DNA of 64,000 bases from Flavobacteriales bacterium (GTDB lineage: Bacteria; Bacteroidota; Bacteroidia; NS11-12g; UBA955). The number at the start of each line of letters is the position of its first letter. The first letter of the stretch is position 1. A program made the translations under genes and the position numbers. Positions 62,792 to 64,000 of the stretch are shown piece after piece. The stretch is taken from NCBI GenBank assembly GCA_947463125.1, contig CANHQZ010000004.1:22838-86837 (forward strand). Direction: 5' to 3'. The notes under the pieces were generated by a model. It was not told the DNA's origin. It made no database searches and worked only from the letters and a program-made list of their open reading frames with translations.

Positions 62792-64000
62792 TTAGTGGCT
62801 CAGGTACACGCTTTTCATCTTATATAGCTCGCGGAATGTGGGATCCAGCAAGTCTTTGATGAACAGAATGCTTTCTCCTGTGCTTTTCATCTCGGGGCCC
62901 AGTTCTCGGCTAACACCGGGAAATTTATTAAATGAAAACACCGGCTGCTTAATAGCATATCCGGGTGGACGGGGTGGAATGGTAAAATCCTTGATTTTAT
63001 TAGCCCCCAGCATCACTTTGGTGGCCATATTTACATAAGGCACATCGTATGCCTTGCAAATAAAGGGAACTGTACGGCTAGCCCTGGGGTTGGCCTCAAT
63101 CACATAAACCTTCTCGTCTTTGATGGCAAACTGAATATTCAGTAGGCCTCGTATGTTCATTTTAAGCGCCAGACGTTTGGTGTATTCTTCCATCTGCTGT
63201 TTCACATTGTCGCTGAGGCTGAATGGCGGCAAAACCGCGCTGCTGTCGCCACTGTGGATGCCGGCGGGCTCTATGTGTTCCATCATGCCAATGATGTGTA
63301 CCTCGTCACCATCACAGATGCTGTCGCTTTCTGCTTCTTCCGCCCGATCGAGGAAGTGGTCAATCAGCACGCGATTTCCGGGAAGGTCGCCCATGAGTTT
63401 CACCACGGCTTTTTCCAGGTCTTCGTCGTTGATGACGATTACCATGCCTTGACCTCCCAACACGTAGCTTGGTCTCACCAGCACAGGATAACCCACCTGA
63501 TTGGCGATTTTAATAGCTTCTTCGGCATTGAGTGCAACACCGTATTTGGGATAAGGAATATTCAGCTCTGCCAGCAAGTCGCTGAAGCTGCCTCTATCTT
63601 CCGATATGTCCATATCCGGATAGCTGGTTCCAATGATTTTGATGCCTTTTTCATGCAGTTTTTCGGCCAGTTTCAGGGCGGTTTGTCCACCCAGTTGCAC
63701 AATTACCCCTTCGGGTTTTTCATATTCAATAAGCTCCCAAAGATGTTCCCAGTAAACAGGCTCAAAATAAAGCTTGTCTGCCATGTCGAAATCCGTACTT
63801 ACGGTTTCGGGGTTGCAGTTCACCATAATGGCTTCATAACCCGCTTCGCGAGCCGCCAGAATGCCGTGCACACAGCTGTAGTCAAACTCGATACCCTGGC
63901 CAATGCGGTTGGGTCCGCTGCCCAGCACGATTACTTTTTTGCGGTCGGTGAAAACGCTTTCATTTTCACCATCGAAGGTTGAGTAGAAATAATTGGTTGG
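62792..64000 (-). CDS. carB: Carbamoyl-phosphate synthase large subunit, C-terminal part (continues past the right edge)
   Basis: The frame is open to the window edge (...[41 protein letters not shown]...). The second ATP-grasp half is clear. The protein stops ~378 aa after the [10 protein letters not shown] motif, so it has no MGS-like allosteric domain. Confidence 0.93.
   Translation of the reverse strand, partial: PTNYFYSTFDGENESVFTDRKKVIVLGSGPNRIGQGIEFDYSCVHGILAAREAGYEAIMVNCNPETVSTDFDMADKLYFEPVYWEHLWELIEYEKPEGVIVQLGGQTALKLAEKLHEKGIKIIGTSYPDMDISEDRGSFSDLLAELNIPYPKYGVALNAEEAIKIANQVGYPVLVRPSYVLGGQGMVIVINDEDLEKAVVKLMGDLPGNRVLIDHFLDRAEEAESDSICDGDEVHIIGMMEHIEPAGIHSGDSSAVLPPFSLSDNVKQQMEEYTKRLALKMNIRGLLNIQFAIKDEKVYVIEANPRASRTVPFICKAYDVPYVNMATKVMLGANKIKDFTIPPRPPGYAIKQPVFSFNKFPGVSRELGPEMKSTGESILFIKDLLDPTFRELYKMKSVYLSH

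Overview
This is a densely packed chromosomal window (about 62 protein genes and one tRNA) that I infer comes from a Bacteroidota genome, probably Chitinophagia or Sphingobacteriia-like. The inference rests on T9SS C-terminal sorting domains (YPNP... tails), many exact TAnnTTTG -7 promoter boxes, no Shine-Dalgarno sites, and families I recognise as DUF4270, DUF3822 and DUF3050.

Content:
- Housekeeping genes: the iscS-iscU-iscA cluster, mce, purD, pyrE, coaD, rsmD, rluB, an rsmF-like gene, panC, dtd, a partial carB, menC, a DAHP synthase, and tRNA-Arg(CCT).
- Envelope and redox genes: ExbB/ExbD, a PagL-like protein, thioredoxin, TlpA and redoxin proteins, a GT2/GT39 pair, and an MsbA-like ABC exporter.
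- Very large secreted proteins: an edge-truncated Cys-rich repeat protein, a 1058-aa Calx-beta T9SS cargo, an 1793-aa BNR/PKD/GEVED T9SS cargo, and a GH92 mannosidase.
- Two paralogous M1 metallopeptidases with long C-terminal regions that look like beta-barrels.
- I saw no rRNA, CRISPR array, transposase, integrase or prophage.

All product calls come from motifs I recognise by eye. No BLAST or HMM search was run.

I do not see a convincing new multi-gene system. The best leads are:
1. Phased GTTTAWTN octamer arrays and a ~95-bp composite repeat that start exactly at the stop codons of convergent genes (5611-6044 and 28076-28366).
2. The two fusions of an M1 peptidase with a putative outer-membrane barrel.
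3. A MntA/HepT toxin-antitoxin pair whose toxin carries an in-frame TAG four codons after the RX4HXY motif.
4. A tight DAHP-synthase / OSBS / DUF3050 gene string in which the DAHP synthase reads DPSQ where I expect the metal-ligand motif DPSH.
5. A nested palindromic element at 56281-56489.

The many long antisense ORFs, up to 637 aa, are codon-aligned shadows of real genes. I rejected them as genes.
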